From Eubacteriales bacterium (GTDB lineage Bacteria > Bacillota > Clostridia > Oscillospirales > CAG-272), in contig JAZTXO010000152.1 in the NCBI GenBank assembly GCA_045636445.1, forward strand, positions 40,370-104,369: a DNA stretch of 64,000 bases, in the 5' to 3' direction. Below are positions 63,810 to 64,000 of this stretch, in pieces. Numbering within the stretch: the first letter of the stretch is position 1; every line of letters begins with the position of its first letter. The notes beneath the pieces are model-generated. The model did no database searches. It saw nothing but the letters and a program-made list of their open reading frames with translations, and was not told the DNA's origin. The translations under genes and the position numbers were made by a program.

Positions 63810-64000
63810 TTAATTTTCTTTAACCAAATCGGTATCAACGAGACCGATGGAATAGAAGTCGTAATTATAGGTTGCGTTTGCCTGAGTTGCGATCTGCATA
63901 TAAGCAGGATGCCAGGTTCCTTCCTTCAAGGTACCGCTATAAGCGCCCTGAGGAGCTTCAAGCTCGATCTTCTCACCGTCGAGATAGAAGTTTACAACGC
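63810..64000 (-). CDS. 3' end of a further minus-strand gene (partial; start outside window), jelly-roll-like C-terminus
   Basis: Minus-strand translation ...VNFYLDGEKIELEAPQGAYSGTLKEGTWHPAYMQIATQANATYNYDFYSIGLVDTDLVKEN* with stop at 63812-63810. Not in the ORF track because no start lies in the window. Confidence 0.45.
   Translation of the reverse strand, partial: VVNFYLDGEKIELEAPQGAYSGTLKEGTWHPAYMQIATQANATYNYDFYSIGLVDTDLVKEN

Overview
This 64-kb chromosomal window looks like a spore-forming, strictly anaerobic Clostridia-type Firmicute, with mid-range GC judged by eye. Supporting genes are pyruvate formate-lyase, dipicolinate synthase dpaAB, a type-1B dihydroorotate dehydrogenase (pyrK/pyrD) and a Re-citrate-synthase-like gene next to aconitase.

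Most of the window is housekeeping:
- pflA and pflB
- coaD-rsmD-uvrC, ptsH, trmD-rimM and a DegV-family gene
- a pyr operon in the order pyrC-carB-pyrK-pyrD-pyrF-pyrE-pyrB
- an orphan trpB behind a Trp-specific T-box leader
- dpaAB, rnhA and trpS
- a citrate synthase-GntR-aconitase cluster

I found no rRNA, tRNA, CRISPR array, transposase or integrase.

The non-routine content, roughly in order of interest:
1. pflB stops about 50 codons early. Its glycyl-radical domain is a separate 80-aa cistron with its own RBS, after about 200 nt of unrelated sequence.
2. An AT-rich XRE/AbrB two-repressor cassette has overlapping divergent promoters. It is bracketed by ~107-bp direct repeats, each carrying a terminator hairpin.
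3. PyrB is fused to only the zinc domain of PyrI.
4. A tightly packed minus-strand operon encodes an ABC-2 ATPase, a permease, two GldG-like auxiliary proteins and a 984-aa DUF4340-like anchored protein. Downstream are two large extracytoplasmic chaperone-like proteins flanking rnhA. This is the best candidate for an uncharacterised envelope system.
5. A cluster of very large secreted proteins and lipoproteins combines a prenyltransferase/terpene-cyclase-like alpha/alpha toroid with LamG-type jelly rolls. A cytosolic paralogue of the toroid lies immediately downstream.

Many long ORFs in the supplied track are codon-aligned antisense shadows of real genes and were rejected. All functional calls come from reading motifs by eye, with no database search. 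Coordinates of small sites may be off by a base or two.
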